Numbered from the stretch's first letter, positions 41,084 to 51,538 are shown. The stretch: 64,000 nt of DNA from Candidatus Binatia bacterium (GCA_050015455.1 JBEKBJ010000002.1:1091-65090); one strand, 5' to 3'. Program-made: numbers and translations. Notes: generated from the sequence alone by a model not told the origin.

Positions 41084-42841
41084 TCACATACTCTGCTGAA
41101 CCTCCGCCTCCGCCCTGTCAGCATCCTGCTGTTGCTGGTCGAGTTGAACCGTGGCGTCTGTGTCCGGCTGTGCCTGGCCTTCTTCTACCGGCCTTGGATC
41201 CGCAGGCGGACCGCTCACCATTCCATTCTTGCCTTGATTGTCCGCGAGCGTCTGAAGCCCCGCGTCAATCTTCTGCCGGAAGTCGTTGTGCATGTCCTGC
41301 AGATCCTGCAGGGGCAAGGCGAGTTGCGTTCCGGGCTGGCAGTCATTGGTCTGGCTGCTCGTGACCAGTACCTGGACGTTTTGATTCGCATCGGGTGTAT
41401 TCGCGATCCGCGTCAGAACGTCGCCGGAGGAGAGGGAACATGTCGTACCGTCAGCGGTTGGCTGGCTGAGTGTGTTCGAGACGATGAACGTCCGCACTTT
41501 GGGGTCGAGCGCTTCCGGTACCTGATCGTTGCTCGGTGCCGCTGCCGGCTGTGGGGGGTTGGCAGCGGCTTGTTCCGCTGCAAGCTGCACTTTCACCTCG
41601 TCGGCAATCGCCTGCTTCGTTTCCGGCGTAAGTGCGGCGCCATTGGCGTTCGTGTCCTTCGACACGTAGACCGCAGGAGCGGCCGCTTCCGCCTGGGCGT
41701 TGGCCGGTGCCTGAGCTTCGTAGCCGGCCCGCAGAGTTTCGGCGAGCAGGAAGTCCGTCAGCCAGAGCGCCGGGTACGGATACACGGGGTACGGCCTGAA
41801 GTAATATCCATAGTAGCCGTACCAAGGATCTGCGGCCCAACCCCATCGCCACGAGACCGGCACTGCCCACGGATTGTAGGCCCAGCCATAAAATGCGGGT
41901 GCGTAGTAGTAGGGCGGCACATAACCGTAGTAGGCGAGACCGCGGTAGTGATAGCCGCGATAGACAACCGCATAGGGGTGACCGCCGTACACGTACGTCC
42001 GCCTCATGTAGGGCCGTCCGCCATGCTCGAACGGACGTTCCACGAAGCCGCGGTGTGCTCCCACGACGACCACTCGGCCGCCGCCGCTGAGATGGGTCTC
42101 AACGATCCGGCCACCACGTGGGCCATGATTGATCACCATACCGCCGGAATGAATCGATCTCACACCGCCGTCGGCACCGAACCTCGCTTCTGCACCGCCG
42201 CGCGTCCTGAGGCTCGTCAGCTGGCCCTTGTTTCCCGTGTGGAATTCGCTGCCATTCGGGGCTTTGTAGATGGTACCACCCCTGTTGTCGCGCTTCGCTA
42301 TCGCGCCGTGCGGCGGAGTGAAAGGCTTGACCTGCCGTTGTTGGGGTGCGGCATGCTGTGGTTGCGGCGCGGCATGTTGTTGTGGCGCGGCTTGCCGTCG
42401 TTCGGGTGCGGCCTGGCGTTGTTGCGGTGCGGCCTGCCCTTTTTGCGGCGCGGCCTGCCGTTGTTGCGGCGCGGCATGCTGTGGTTGCGGTGCGGCGTGC
42501 TGCGGTTGCGGCGCGGCATGCTGTGGTTGCGGCGCCGCCTGCCGTCGTTCGGGCGCGGCCTGCCGTTGTTGCGGCGCGGCATGCTGTGGTTGCGGCGCGG
42601 CGTGCTGTGGTTGCGGCGCGGCGTGCTGTGGTTGCGGCGCCGCCTGCCGTCGTTCGGGCGCGGCCTGCCGTCGTTCGGGCGCGGCCTGCCCTTTTTGCGG
42701 CGCGGCGTGCTGCGGTTGCGGCTTCTTCTCCTTCTCCTTCTCATTGTTCTGAGCCCAGGCCGATCCTGAAACGACCAGCAAGGCCAGCACAAATGCAAGC
42801 CAATTCCTGGCGGTCTTATGCCCTGTTTGGTGGTATCTCAT
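41084..42841 (-). CDS. secreted low-complexity protein with ~20 PQ-rich heptad repeats and a Gly/Tyr/Trp-rich region
   Basis: ATG at 42841 (MRYHQTGHKTARNWLAFVLALLVVSGSAWA signal peptide). Repeats PQPQHAA / PERRQAA / PQQRQAA encoded by 21-nt tandem repeats. A G/R-rich stretch. An aromatic patch (YYGYVPPYYYAPAFYGWAYNPW). An acidic Q/A-rich tail. Confidence 0.6.
   Translation of the reverse strand: MRYHQTGHKTARNWLAFVLALLVVSGSAWAQNNEKEKEKKPQPQHAAPQKGQAAPERRQAAPERRQAAPQPQHAAPQPQHAAPQPQHAAPQQRQAAPERRQAAPQPQHAAPQPQHAAPQPQHAAPQQRQAAPQKGQAAPQQRQAAPERRQAAPQQHAAPQPQHAAPQQRQVKPFTPPHGAIAKRDNRGGTIYKAPNGSEFHTGNKGQLTSLRTRGGAEARFGADGGVRSIHSGGMVINHGPRGGRIVETHLSGGGRVVVVGAHRGFVERPFEHGGRPYMRRTYVYGGHPYAVVYRGYHYRGLAYYGYVPPYYYAPAFYGWAYNPWAVPVSWRWGWAADPWYGYYGYYFRPYPVYPYPALWLTDFLLAETLRAGYEAQAPANAQAEAAAPAVYVSKDTNANGAALTPETKQAIADEVKVQLAAEQAAANPPQPAAAPSNDQVPEALDPKVRTFIVSNTLSQPTADGTTCSLSSGDVLTRIANTPDANQNVQVLVTSSQTNDCQPGTQLALPLQDLQDMHNDFRQKIDAGLQTLADNQGKNGMVSGPPADPRPVEEGQAQPDTDATVQLDQQQQDADRAEAEVQQSM
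42330..42730. repeat. 21-nt tandem repeat array (~20 units) inside the CDS
   Basis: Units such as gttgcggcgcggcatgctgtg / gttgcggcgcggcctgccgtc repeat head-to-tail. Confidence 0.8.
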
Positions 42842-42977
42842 TTGATCCTCGCTTTCTGCCTGGTGCGCAACAATTGGTTGGAAAACGCTGAAGCATTGGA
42901 GCCCGGACGTGCTGTTGGTGCCCAAGTCCTTTCCTCAGGCAGTCCATCCATGGCTCTTGTCTCATAGCGTAACGCGA

Positions 42978-43019
42978 TGGACGAGTCCACAGCACCGCTG
43001 TGCTTAGCACGACTGCCTC
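42978..43019. repeat. 42-nt dispersed direct repeat, copy B
   Basis: tggacgagtccacAgcaccgctgtgcTtagcAcgactgcctc; see copy A at 26440. Confidence 0.8.
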
Positions 43020-43281
43020 GGCAAACACGCCAGCGACATCACCGTGTGATTCCCCGATGTGCCGTCGATCATCTTCAATGTCAGCCGATCACGCTTTGCG
43101 ACCAGCAACACATAGCCTATCGCCCTCGTGAGGGATGCCAGGCGTGCCAGGCCAATTGCGCTTTGACCCGGGTCCCGCACCGGTTCGGTGTAGCAGCCGC
43201 AGAACGAAATGCGAGCGTATGGCAAAGGACGTTGCGCAGTGAAGGCGGTCGGGACCTTCGGAGGGACCCGCACTTTGGGGG

Positions 43282-43734
43282 CTAGTGGCTGCACCCGTTC
43301 AGGGCGTCGTTCACGGCCGCAAGGATTTCGTCGACGGTGATGTACCCATCGTGGTTGGCATCTCCGGCATTGATCGCCGGGCTGGCCGTACTGCTCGTGC
43401 AGGACGCGTTGGGTATATCAATGCCGCCGCATAGCGCGATGGTTTGAGTAGGCCCGCCGTTGTTCTGGAGCCCGGTAGGGTCGAGAACAGGGTTCGTGTT
43501 ACAGAACGAGGTGCCGGTCGTGGTGGCGCAGCCGGTGCCCGTGAAGCCGCACGTCGTGCCGTCGTCGATGTTGTGGCCGCCATCAGTAACGCTGCTGCTG
43601 AACATGTCGTTCGCCCAATTGCCGCCCGAGGTGCTATTGGCGACGATCGTGTTGGTAAGCGTCAGCGGGCCGCCGTCGGTGTAGACGGCGCCGGCGTCGC
43701 CCGCGCTATTGCCGGAGAAGGTGCTGTTGGTCAC
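43282..43734 (-). pseudogene. 5'-truncated paralogue of the beta-helix/dockerin surface-protein family
   Basis: 150-aa ORF starting inside a beta-helix repeat ([20 protein letters not shown]...). It has the conserved [18 protein letters not shown]...[24 protein letters not shown]...PAINAGDANHDGYITVDEILAAVNDALNGC end. Similarity to the beta-helix repeats stops at about 43736, with no upstream signal peptide or enzymatic head. Confidence 0.55.
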
Positions 43735-43913
43735 CGTTAGCGCGGCTCGCGACGCAGCCTGTGAATCAGCGCCACCACGTCCGGTGAGTTGCTGGTGCGC
43801 TCTTGAACGAGGTCGCGACTCGGACGCGCCGTGAGGTAGCTCACAATCGTTGTTTCCACGTACACGCTCGACGCCATCACGCCACGCTACCGCAGACCGA
43901 CATCGGGGTTTAG

Positions 43914-43980
43914 CACCGATCGTCTCTACGGACCCGCGCAGTCGGAACTTACGGCTTGTCGGTGCTCGGCGATCAAACCG
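43914..43980. repeat. 68-nt dispersed direct repeat, copy B
   Basis: caccgatcgtctctacggacccgcgcagtcggaacttacggcttgtcggtgctcggcgatcaaaccg, ~90% identical to copy A. Confidence 0.75.
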
Positions 43981-44464
43981 TTATCGTCTCCGTGCCGATA
44001 CTGGCCTGTCACCAGGGTCCCGCCTCGACTGAACCACAACCTCCCGACGCTACAGCCCGCCTCCGGCCCAGGTCCCCATGGGCAAGCCGCGCAAGATGTC
44101 AAAGGTTATGCTGGGTACGCAATCTACGCTCTGTCGGCTGTGGCGCTTCGTGTGCCTCTCTTGCGTCGGATGGACGTCGCAGGTATGAAGTGGACGAGAA
44201 AACGGGGTGAAACGACTCTCTGCCTCCCTTTGAGTAGCCCAACCGTTCCTGCGGTTGGCTGCGGCTTAGCACCACCCACGGCCGGCGCTCCCCCCAAGCG
44301 CCGGCCGGTGCTGAGCCGATCGTCCGTGGCTTCCGCAAGACTTAGAGGACAGGAAGTGGAGCTTGAGGTCACGTCAGCTGGGATGGTGCAGCAGTTTCAG
44401 CACTGCTGGTTCCGGGTGGAAGCTTAGCGTAACCCAAGAAGAACTGATCATCTGAGGAAAGGAT

Positions 44465-44890
44465 ATGGCGAACGAAGCTGTACCACCGGCAGTGATTTTG
44501 GTCCGAGCCATGGTTGGCGGCGTCTTCCTCTCGGAGGGGATCCAGAAGTTCCTCTTCCCCACGGCTCTGGGAGCAGGCCGCTTTGCGACCATCGGGATTC
44601 CGGCCCCGCAGATCATGGCTCCGTTCGTTGGCGTTGTCGAGATCGTTTGTGGTCTCCTCCTCATCCTCGGCTTGGTGACGCGGCTGGCGGCGCTGCCGCT
44701 CTTCATCGACATCCTCGTCGCCATCGCGACGACCAAGGTTCCGATGCTCTTGAAGAGTGGCTTCTGGGCCGCCGCCCACGAGGCCCGGACCGATTACTGC
44801 ATGCTCCTCGGGTTGATCTTCTTGCTCACTGTTGGTGGCGGCCCTTGGTCGCTCGACGCACGATCGAGCGTGAACCGCGGGCCTCACTGA
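44465..44890 (+). CDS. DoxX family membrane protein
   Basis: 141 aa, 4 TM. Typical DoxX pattern (VILVRAMVGGVFLSEGIQKFLFP...). Confidence 0.85.
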   Translation: MANEAVPPAVILVRAMVGGVFLSEGIQKFLFPTALGAGRFATIGIPAPQIMAPFVGVVEIVCGLLLILGLVTRLAALPLFIDILVAIATTKVPMLLKSGFWAAAHEARTDYCMLLGLIFLLTVGGGPWSLDARSSVNRGPH

Positions 44891-44924
44891 GCCGCCGCCC
44901 GTCGAGTGAAAGGCGGACGGCGGC

Positions 44925-45770
44925 GTGCTGATCGCCAACGGTTTTGACGGGGCGCGGGATGTGAGACGGCTGCTCCTCGGCCACCGTGGGTTCGGCAATG
45001 CACGGCCCTGCGGATCGGCAGGGCCGCTCATCGTGCTGCTGTGTTTTCTCGCGGCGCCCGCGGCTGCTGGCCCTCCTTACGTCACCGACGATCCCGAGCC
45101 CGTGCCCCACCAGCACTGGGAGGTCTACCTCGCCTCCCTGCTGTCCCGCGACGCCGGGGTCTGGTCGGGCACGGCACCGCACGTCGAGGTGAACTACGGC
45201 GCAGCGCGGAACCTTCAGCTCCACACTATCCTACCCATGTCTTTCGTCCGCTCGACCGAGGGAACCACGACGTATGGGTACGGCGACACAGAACTTGGCG
45301 CGAAGTTTCGCTTTATCCAGGAAACCTCCACGCGCCCGCAGGTGGGCACCTTTCCCCTGCTGGAGATTCCAACCGGCGACCACCACAGAGGACTCGGAAG
45401 CGGGCACGTGCAGCTCTTCCTCCCGGTGTGGCTCCAGAAGAGCTATGGTGACTGGCTTACGTACGGAGGTGGTGGGTACTGGATCAACCCTGGCGCTGGC
45501 AACCACGACTGGGGCTTCTTCGGGTGGCAGGTGCAACGCCAACTCGTTTCCAATCTTAACCTTGGGGCAGAGGTGTTTCACACCACCGTCCAAGCACAGG
45601 GCGGAGAAGCGGAGACTCGGATCAACCTCGGGTTAGTCCTCGATCTCAGCGACCTGCAGCACGTACTGTTCTCGGCAGGTCGGGGACTTGAGGGTCCCAA
45701 CCAGTTTCAGAGCTACCTCGCGTACCAACTCACCTTCGGCCCAGCGACCCAACGTCGGACTGGACATTGA
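44925..45770 (+). CDS. outer-membrane beta-barrel protein (MetA-pathway/PF13557-like transporter family)
   Basis: Signal-like segment LIVLLCFLAAPAAAG, the PYVTDDPEP motif after the signal, alternating amphipathic beta strands, and a C-terminal aromatic residue. The ORF-track start is GTG. Confidence 0.5.
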   Translation: MLIANGFDGARDVRRLLLGHRGFGNARPCGSAGPLIVLLCFLAAPAAAGPPYVTDDPEPVPHQHWEVYLASLLSRDAGVWSGTAPHVEVNYGAARNLQLHTILPMSFVRSTEGTTTYGYGDTELGAKFRFIQETSTRPQVGTFPLLEIPTGDHHRGLGSGHVQLFLPVWLQKSYGDWLTYGGGGYWINPGAGNHDWGFFGWQVQRQLVSNLNLGAEVFHTTVQAQGGEAETRINLGLVLDLSDLQHVLFSAGRGLEGPNQFQSYLAYQLTFGPATQRRTGH

Positions 45771-46163
45771 TGGTTCAACACAAAGGCAGAAGAACCCCGG
45801 CGCAGTGGCGAACGGATGGCCCGCCAGCGCGCTTCGCCCTTGCGAACCCCGGCGTGCCCGAGTGGGTTCCCACGGTTAGCGACTAGGCCCCCTTCCGTGC
45901 AAACATCCTGGTGCCCGTCGAGCTGCAATGTGCGTGGTTGCCCGACTGCGGCTTCGAAGACATCGACTGCTACTTCAAGGCGGTCGAGCTGGCGATCTTC
46001 GGAGGCCTGCGGCCGTCCGGCGCCACGACACAGGGGAGCTGAGACTTCCGGCCGGGTGGCAAGGCGTTACTTCGGAATCAACACGTCGGTGCATCCCACG
46101 TTTCGCTTAGTTCGACGGGGTGTCGGTTACCGATCGATCGTTCGACCTAAGCTGTTAGCGACC

Positions 46164-49100
46164 TCATTGAGCTTGCGCGGATGCAGGGGCGGACGCAGTT
46201 TCGTTGCTGTCGGGATGAACCGCCGGGTGCTCGGCTACCACACGGTCGATCACGCTGAACAACGTGCTGCTGTGGATCGGCTTGGCGATATACGCATCCA
46301 TGCCAGCAGCCAGGCACCGCTCCGCGTCGCCTTTCATCGCGTCCGCCGTCATCGCGACGATCGGCAGGTGTGCCCCATTTGTCTGCTCGCGCTCGCGGAT
46401 GGCCGCGGTGGCCTCGAAGCCGTCCATCTCCGGCATCTGCACATCCATAAGCACGACGTCAAACTCATATTGGGTGACTACGTCCACCGCCTGGCGACCG
46501 TTGGTAGCCAGCAGCACCGTATGGCCAGCTTTTTCCAGCAAGCGCACGGCGAACTTTTGGTTGATTGAGTTGTCTTCGACCACCAAGATGCGCAGCGGGC
46601 GTGCCGCCTTGCCGATCAGCTGTTCGTCAACCGACGCTGCTTGCTCGGCCTCCACCGCTGGGGCGCCCAGCACTCGCAAGATAGTGTTGAGCAGCTCCGA
46701 CTGCTTTATCGGTTTGGCCAGATACGCCGCCACACCAAGCTGGCGGCAGCGCGCCGCATCTCCCGGCAAGTCGGCTGAAGAGAGCATCATAATCGTTGCC
46801 CCGGATAGCTCCGGAGTTCGCTTGATCCGCGCCGCCAGCTCGAATCCATCCATGAGCGGCATCTGCGCGTCGAGCAGCACCAACGGGTACGGTTGCCCTA
46901 GCCCGGCCGCGCGCATTAGTTCGGTGAGCGCGGCGATGCCGTCGTCCGCCGTAGTGGCTCGCATGCGCCAATTGGTGAGCGTCTCGTAAAGGATGCGACG
47001 GTTGGTGGCGTTGTCGTCCACGACCAACGCCCGCAGCCCGAGCAGCGCGAGTGGCGCCACCGGAACCTTGCGCCTGACCGGCCGGCTCGAAAGTCCAAAG
47101 CGCGCAGTGAAGTGGAAGGTACTGCCGCGGCCGACCTGGCTGTCGGCCCAGATCCGTCCGCCCATCAGCTCCACCAGTTGCGTAGAGATGGCGAGACCCA
47201 GCCCCGTGCCCCCGTAACGCCGGGTGGTGGAGCTGTCGGCCTGCTCGAAGGGCTTGAAAATGGTTTTTAGCTTGTCAGCCGGTACGCCGATGCCGGTGTC
47301 CTTGATACTGAAGTGGAGCTGCACCGCGCCATCGGATTGCGCCTCGGTGTCAGCACTTATGATTACCTCGCCCCGTGCGGTGAACTTGATGGCGTTGCTC
47401 ACAAGATTGACCAGTACTTGCCGCAACCGGCCGGCATCGCCCACCAAGGCGTCCGGCACGTTCGGCGGAATGGCGTACGCCAGCTCCAGCCCTTTCTCGG
47501 CCGCGCGCACCGCCAGCGCTTTCGTGGCGTCCCCGACGCAGTCGCGTAGGGAGAAGTCACTCACATCGAGCTCGACCTTGCCCGCCTCCACCTTAGCGAA
47601 GTCGAGGATGTCGTTGATGACCCTCAGCAGCGAGTCAGCCGAGGACTTGACCATGGTGAGGTATTCCCGCTGCTCATCAGTGAGCGGGGTGTTGAGGGTG
47701 AGATCGGTCATGCCGACGATACCGTTCATCGGCGTGCGGATCTCGTGGCTCACGTTGGCGAGGAACTCGTTCTTGGCGCGGTTGGCGGCTTCCGCGGCAA
47801 CCATGGCTTGCTGCAGCTCCCGCTCGATGCGTTTGCGCTCGGTGATGTCGCGGCAGATCCCTTGCATCGCCACGGGGGCGCCGTCGCGGTAGAGGACGCG
47901 GGGGTTCACTTCAAGCGTGACCTCCCGACCTTTCTTTGTGGTGAGGTGAAGCTCGTAAGGTGACGCGCTGTCTCCCGCGATGCGGCGTTGCGTCTCCCAC
48001 GCAGCGCGCTCCTGGTCGCTTGCCGTGATAAGTTTCATGACGTCCATACCCTGCCATTCTTCGCGCGTGTACCCAGTAAGTTGCTCACCCGCTCGGTTCA
48101 CAGACTTAAGGAATCCGTCGAGGTCGTGCTCGAAGATGATGTCGTTGGCGTTCTCGAACAGCTCGCGATAGCGCTCCTCGCTGGCGCGCAGTGCCTCTTC
48201 GGCCTGCTTGCGCCGCGTGATGTCCTGAACGTGAACCAGAAAGCCCAGCGGGGCTCCGGCCGCATCATGCAGGATCGACACTATGGACAGGCCCCACACG
48301 ACATGCCCGCGCTTATGGATGTACCGCTTTTCCAACTGATACGAGGAAATCTCACCGGCAAGCAGTTGCCGCGTATAGTCCCACTGCGAGGGGAGATCGT
48401 CCGGATGGCTGATGTCGGCAAAGGTCGTGGCGAGCAGCTCGTCTTCCGAGTAGCCAAGCATCTCGCACAGCGAACGATTGACTTTCAAGTAACGACCTAA
48501 TGGCTTGGTCAAGCACATGCCGATCGGAGCATTGTCAAATGCGCCGCGGAAGCGCTCTTCGCTTTGGCGCAACGCCTCTTCGGCCCGCCGGCGCTCGGTG
48601 ACGTCGCGGACAACGCCGCGAAACCCACGCGGTTGCCCGGCGTCGTCCCGGATCAGGGAGGCGGACGCCTCGACAAGTCGCTTGGTCCCGTCCTTGCGAA
48701 TCATTTCCCAGTCGAAAAGCCTTTGTGGCTCGCCGGTTCGATACACGCGACTGAACACCTCGTACAACGGCGCGGCCTTCTCTGGGGCTGTGTATTGGCG
48801 GTAGTTCATCCCCAGTAACTCGTCGGCGGGGTACCCCGTTGCCCGGCACACCGAGTCATTGAAGAAGGTGAAATTGCCGGCCAGATCCACTTCGTAGTAG
48901 CCGTCCTGGATGCTCGTGAGGATGGTGCGGTATTTCTCCTCGCTCTCGCGCAGCGCGCCCTCCCTCTGCTTCCGCTCCCGGATGTCGTGTGCGATGAGGA
49001 CGGTGCCCACCCGGCTGCGATCGCGGTCCTGTAGAGGGGAGAGCGAGATTCTCACGGTGACCGGTTCGCCGCCCTTGGTGTGGAATACCATCTCTTCGTT

Positions 49101-50003
49101 GCGAGCCGTGCCCGGCGAGAGCAGCTGGCGAAGGTGTCGGGCGCCGCCCGCATCCGCGCCCGCCAAACACTCGATCCGCTCCCCGAGCAGCTCCTGCTCG
49201 GTGTAACCCAAGGTTACGCACAGCGCCTGATTGACGACGCGGATCCTGCCGTCCGCGTCACAGACCGCGAGCGGATCGGCCATGGTGCCGAGGATCTCGT
49301 TGGCGGCGAAGGCCGGAACAATGTCAACCAAGCGATAGCGCTGGATGGCGCGGGCCATCAAGGCGAGACAGACGAAAACCGGCAAGTACCCCAAGGGATA
49401 GAGCGGCACGCCGTAGCAAGGCAAATAGTCCAGCCCGCCCACATAGGCGATGCTGAACGCGATGAGCAGAGCGCGCAGCCTGTGCTTATGCGTGCCGGGC
49501 TCTGCTTTGCGGTACTCGATCCAGTAATCGCGCAGGTTGGCAAGCGCGAGCCCAAAGAAGAATACCAAGAAAGGGACGCCCAGCCAGCCATAGCGCGGAT
49601 AGTATCCCCACCAGTAGCGGTAGACGCCGGCGACCAGCACATCGCTGCCGAGGGCGGCCGCCGAGAAAAATGCGGACAGCAGCAAGCCGGCCCAAATGAG
49701 CCTCTTACGCCGGGCATAGATGCCCATCGTGACCACCGAAAACAGGTAGATGGTCGACGGAATGAAAGGACTGCCGAAAAGATTAAACCTTGCCCACCAT
49801 ATCGCGTACCCTTCGTTGGTGGCGCAATACATCGCCGCGAGCCCAGAGAGCCATACGCTGACCGCGAGCTGGATAAAGAGAAACGCCACGCTTACGCGCG
49901 AAGCGCGTTCACGGATGATGGCCGCTACGCCGACCAGGAGCAGTCCCAGAACGGTAACCGCCAGCGGGGCAGCGTGGATGTTGAAGCTATAATGCGGTGG
50001 CAT
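46164..50003 (-). CDS. hybrid sensor histidine kinase (7TM N-terminal domain, multiple PAS domains, HisKA, HATPase_c, two receiver domains)
   Basis: About 1280 aa from the ATG at 50003 (the ORF-track start at 50072 is GTG). About 7 N-terminal TM helices, at least 4 PAS/PAC segments, H-box SHEIRTPMNGI, HATPase G-boxes, and two CheY-like receivers (VVDDN.., VVEDN..). Confidence 0.85.
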   Translation of the reverse strand: MPPHYSFNIHAAPLAVTVLGLLLVGVAAIIRERASRVSVAFLFIQLAVSVWLSGLAAMYCATNEGYAIWWARFNLFGSPFIPSTIYLFSVVTMGIYARRKRLIWAGLLLSAFFSAAALGSDVLVAGVYRYWWGYYPRYGWLGVPFLVFFFGLALANLRDYWIEYRKAEPGTHKHRLRALLIAFSIAYVGGLDYLPCYGVPLYPLGYLPVFVCLALMARAIQRYRLVDIVPAFAANEILGTMADPLAVCDADGRIRVVNQALCVTLGYTEQELLGERIECLAGADAGGARHLRQLLSPGTARNEEMVFHTKGGEPVTVRISLSPLQDRDRSRVGTVLIAHDIRERKQREGALRESEEKYRTILTSIQDGYYEVDLAGNFTFFNDSVCRATGYPADELLGMNYRQYTAPEKAAPLYEVFSRVYRTGEPQRLFDWEMIRKDGTKRLVEASASLIRDDAGQPRGFRGVVRDVTERRRAEEALRQSEERFRGAFDNAPIGMCLTKPLGRYLKVNRSLCEMLGYSEDELLATTFADISHPDDLPSQWDYTRQLLAGEISSYQLEKRYIHKRGHVVWGLSIVSILHDAAGAPLGFLVHVQDITRRKQAEEALRASEERYRELFENANDIIFEHDLDGFLKSVNRAGEQLTGYTREEWQGMDVMKLITASDQERAAWETQRRIAGDSASPYELHLTTKKGREVTLEVNPRVLYRDGAPVAMQGICRDITERKRIERELQQAMVAAEAANRAKNEFLANVSHEIRTPMNGIVGMTDLTLNTPLTDEQREYLTMVKSSADSLLRVINDILDFAKVEAGKVELDVSDFSLRDCVGDATKALAVRAAEKGLELAYAIPPNVPDALVGDAGRLRQVLVNLVSNAIKFTARGEVIISADTEAQSDGAVQLHFSIKDTGIGVPADKLKTIFKPFEQADSSTTRRYGGTGLGLAISTQLVELMGGRIWADSQVGRGSTFHFTARFGLSSRPVRRKVPVAPLALLGLRALVVDDNATNRRILYETLTNWRMRATTADDGIAALTELMRAAGLGQPYPLVLLDAQMPLMDGFELAARIKRTPELSGATIMMLSSADLPGDAARCRQLGVAAYLAKPIKQSELLNTILRVLGAPAVEAEQAASVDEQLIGKAARPLRILVVEDNSINQKFAVRLLEKAGHTVLLATNGRQAVDVVTQYEFDVVLMDVQMPEMDGFEATAAIREREQTNGAHLPIVAMTADAMKGDAERCLAAGMDAYIAKPIHSSTLFSVIDRVVAEHPAVHPDSNETASAPASAQAQ

Positions 50004-50220
50004 GCTGCTCGGGCCTTTCGCTAAGTGAACCGGCGCCGGATCGCGTAGGAGATGCTGGCGAAGATGAGACACGGAGATCCATCAGCACGCAAGGGAGGTG
50101 CGGCACCAGGATGAGCAACGGGCTCGCGGCCGCTCGTTGGAGGGGCGGCTCGTTTTTATGCCGCCGGAGTTGTCGCCAGGTGCGTTGGATTGTCGGGGAG
50201 GGCATTCAACCTCGGCGACG

Positions 50221-50634
50221 CTAGGCAAACGCTTGTAACGTGCTCGTGAGGTTCTCGATCTCCGTTTCCAGGTCCGCCAGCGCCTGATCAACTTCCGCCC
50301 AATCACCCGTGCGGCCCATGAGCTGCAGCCGTTGCGCCGCAGCCACCGCCAGGTCGGCCGCGAAGTTGGCTACTGATCCCTTGAGAGAGTGGGCTGCCCG
50401 TGCCAGAGTGGTGCCGTCGCGCCGGCCGACGGCGTCACGTACGTCCGACAGCCGGGCTGGGCAGTCTCTCAGAAACAGCCCGACGACCTCGCGAAGCAGC
50501 TCGGTATCGCCGCCGAAGAGATCCAGGAGCAGACTAGCAGAACATTCCGCCTCCGGCTCTTGCGGTGCCAGATCTGTTGCACGTCTCCCGGCCGTGAATT
50601 CCGAGCCGGTTTCGAATGCGCTACTTCTCTCCAT
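50221..50634 (-). CDS. Hpt (histidine phosphotransfer) domain protein
   Basis: 137 aa. AHSLKGSVANF contains the conserved phospho-His. Confidence 0.8.
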   Translation of the reverse strand: MERSSAFETGSEFTAGRRATDLAPQEPEAECSASLLLDLFGGDTELLREVVGLFLRDCPARLSDVRDAVGRRDGTTLARAAHSLKGSVANFAADLAVAAAQRLQLMGRTGDWAEVDQALADLETEIENLTSTLQAFA

Positions 50635-50904
50635 TGCACAGCCTCTGCGATCTCAGGCTGTGCACATCGCGTGCCGCGGAGGCCCTTATGCGGGGCGCAT
50701 GCAGAGCCTCACCCACGGCGTGGGCCCAGTTCCGCTCGGTGGCGAATCGCATGACGGGTGATCATTGCGTGACGTCAGCCGCAGGTCGTGTCCTTTGCGG
50801 GCGCTCTTCTGGCGGCGTCCCGAATGGCGGCGTCCCGAAGCCTGTCCTGAGCGCAGTCGAAGGGGGCTCGTCCGCGGAAAATCGACACACTCTCCAACGG
50901 GCTG

Positions 50905-51288
50905 CTAGTCCCCGCGACGATTCGCGGGGAGGTACTTCCTGATCTCTTGAACGAGGTACGTCGCCGTAAATGGCTTCGAGATGTAACCGGTGCATCCCAC
51001 CCGCGACGCGCTCAGTCCCCCCCCGTCCCAGAGGTGGGCGGTCACCGCAATCACTGGGATGTCGCGGGTTGCAGGGTCCTGCCTCACCGCGGCGATGACA
51101 TCGTAGCCGGTCACTTGCGGCATTTCCAGATCGGTCAGCACGAGGTCGGGCTTGTGGGCCTTGACCTTGCGGATAGCGTCTTCACCTCCGTACCCGACCA
51201 TGACCTGGTAGCCCGCGTTGTTGAGCGCGTAGGTGATGAGCCTCATCGTGGCCGGGTCGTCTTCGACAACCAGAACGCTCGGCTTCAT
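50905..51288 (-). CDS. single-domain response regulator (receiver)
   Basis: VLVVEDD, phospho-acceptor D in VLTDLEMP, conserved K in YISKP. Confidence 0.9.
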   Translation of the reverse strand: MKPSVLVVEDDPATMRLITYALNNAGYQVMVGYGGEDAIRKVKAHKPDLVLTDLEMPQVTGYDVIAAVRQDPATRDIPVIAVTAHLWDGGGLSASRVGCTGYISKPFTATYLVQEIRKYLPANRRGD

Positions 51289-51538
51289 TCGTTTTGCACC
51301 CTATTGTTAGTATACCACATCATGCGCAGGTGATCATCTTTTCCCTTGAGCCGGCTGCGACGGGTTCTGGGCGACGCTTGTCACGGCTCTCGCCGGTGTT
51401 CTGTCACCGAGCGAAGCTGCGTGCGCACGACGGACACAACGAGAACTGGCAAAGGGCTCTGCTTCATGGGATAATGGTTGGCCTGGAAATGGGAGCGTCG
51501 TGAGCATCGGTCACTCTTGTGCGGGTGAGTGAAACACC

